A stretch of 64,000 bases of DNA from Pristiophorus japonicus (taxonomy: Eukaryota), in contig NW_027252668.1 in NCBI RefSeq assembly GCF_044704955.1, positions 4,464,001-4,528,000 on the forward strand, read 5' to 3'. The position numbers and the translations under genes are program-made. Position 1 is the first letter of the stretch. Each line of letters starts with the position of its first letter. Positions 62,341 to 64,000 of this stretch are shown piece after piece. The notes beneath the pieces are model-generated. The model ran no database searches and was not told the origin of the DNA. It saw only the letters and a list, made by a program, of their open reading frames with translations.

Positions 62341-64000
62341 TACGCAGCTTGATTGTGCAGGGATCCTCCCCGGACGACGAACCCATTCTGAATGAGTGGC
62401 AACCCTTTTTGATAGTTACGGGAGCCTTCATGTCTTCTGTACAATCAAAGCTTAAACTTCCTGCCTCTACTGAAACACAGGAACTTTCAGGATTCCTGGG
62501 ACAAATCTCGACATTCCCAGTGTCAGAACCGGTTAAAATGGGTTACCAGGAAGAATCGGTGGAACATCGAGTTGTTATCACAACCAATCTGGACTGTAAC
62601 TTGATGGCTAGAGACCTCCTTTGCAAATTCCAGTTGCATTTGGAGTATGGAGATTATTGTAAAACAGGGAACCCTTAAGCGGCAGTATTATACCACTAGA
62701 ACCCCTCAGTGGTGGTCTCTGGACCTGCCGCAGGCACCCTATCACACGATCCCAGTGGAAAGAATCAGGACCTGCAGAACTTTTATCAGGATCACGAAGG
62801 GGAAGTGAAGGGAATTCTATTAAGGGCTAGAGTGACTGAACTGGAAAGAGAGGTAGATTTTGTGGAAGTGGATAAGAATCTGTGGAAACAGCCCCTAACA
62901 ATAGCACCGCATATTGCTCGTGAAGTATTAGCCCCTCACCATGCTAAAGATTTGGGAGTTATGGTACGCAAGGCCATAGATGAGGCTGACCCTACCAGCC
63001 GGGATGTGCAAATTGTAAAACATGACCGAACAGTCCAATTTCATGGGGACCCCGAGAAGGTCTTAACGACTCTACAGCATCATACTGGCTCGGACATACC
63101 TGACTATGTGGATCCTCATGTGTGGGCAGAGAACCCCTCCCCCAAGTGGGTTATACTCCCATTGATCCGATTGAGATCCCAGTGCAGGGCAATCCGACAG
63201 AACCCACTGAAATCACAGGCAATCCTAAACTGACATTTCGGCACTGTACTGCAATTAATCCGGCCTGTTTTCTTACTGAGCCACCCCAAGATGAGGAAGA
63301 ACCCAGTCATGATTGCTTATCTTTAATTTAAGAGGCCACATCAGTCAGGGAAGATTTAGTTGATGTACCAATGGAAGATCCAGACTGTATTCTTACTGAG
63401 CCACCCCAAGATGAGGAAGAACCCAGTCATGATTGTTTATGTATGTTGACGGAAGTACTTCTATTAATCCAGAAGGTACACGAATCTCAGGATACGCCAT
63501 AGTAAACCAGGAGAATCAGGTCTTGGAATCTGCCGCTTTGAAACCGCCTATTCTGCTCAACAAGCTGAACTATTCGCCCTCACCCGAGCCTGTATCTTGG
63601 CCAAAGATCTCAAAGTCGATATCTATACCGACTCTAGGTATGCCTTTGGGGTGGCCCATGATTTCGGACAATTATGGAAAAATAGGGGATTCCTAACCTC
63701 ACAGGGGAATGAGATATCTCATAAACAGTTAGTATCTGATTTGTTGCAAGCCCTCATGTTCCCCAAAAGCATTGCCATTGTCAAATGTACCGCCCATACT
63801 ACCGGAAATTCTCTGGTTGATATAGGGAATCGTTGTCCTGACCAAGAGGCCAAACAGGCCTCTCGTGACCAACAGATGGTAGTGCCCAAAATATGAGTCA
63901 GACTAAAAATCCTGCGAAGGATAAGTTAGCCTCGGAAAAACCAATGCCAACCATCCAAGATGTTATAAAAGTACAGGAGGACGCTCCTGAAAAAGATAAA
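62341..64000 (+). pseudogene. pol: ERV pro-pol remnant: protease, 2H-like domain, RT deleted, connection end, RNase H
   Basis: FLIVTGA (D to V) and NLMARDLL; INPA...HDC; YVDGS, SAQQAEL, IYTDSRYAFGVAHDFG, IVKCTAH: gamma/epsilon-type RNase H. No YxDD RT core seen. Confidence 0.88.

Overview
Vertebrate, repeat-dense genomic DNA, most likely from a cartilaginous fish (inferred from a SacSINE1/DeuSINE-type SINE, abundant CR1 LINEs and the H1/H2B sequence style). Main content: (1) a C2H2 zinc-finger coding exon on the minus strand running off the window start, with a candidate NRF1/GC-box promoter and small 5' exons upstream; (2) two diverged copies of a segmental duplication carrying that promoter module plus a replication-dependent histone cluster (H1> H4> H3> <H2A <H2B), each copy with different lesions, including an 804-bp deletion that fuses the H4 stem-loop onto the H3 ATG; (3) a stack of five insertions of a Tx1-clade non-LTR retrotransposon at one site (TTCATGCA) inside a CR1 LINE, the best candidate for an undescribed system (a LINE that targets another LINE and re-targets its own junction); (4) about 39-41 bp satellite arrays, one co-amplified with a CR1 fragment; (5) the 5' part of an internally deleted epsilon-like endogenous retrovirus (LTR, tRNA-Leu PBS, long repetitive leader, gag, protease, 2H-phosphoesterase-like remnant, RNase H). 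Most long ORFs in the supplied track are repeat artefacts. All family assignments come from motif recognition by eye, not database searches, and boundaries of degenerate repeats are approximate.
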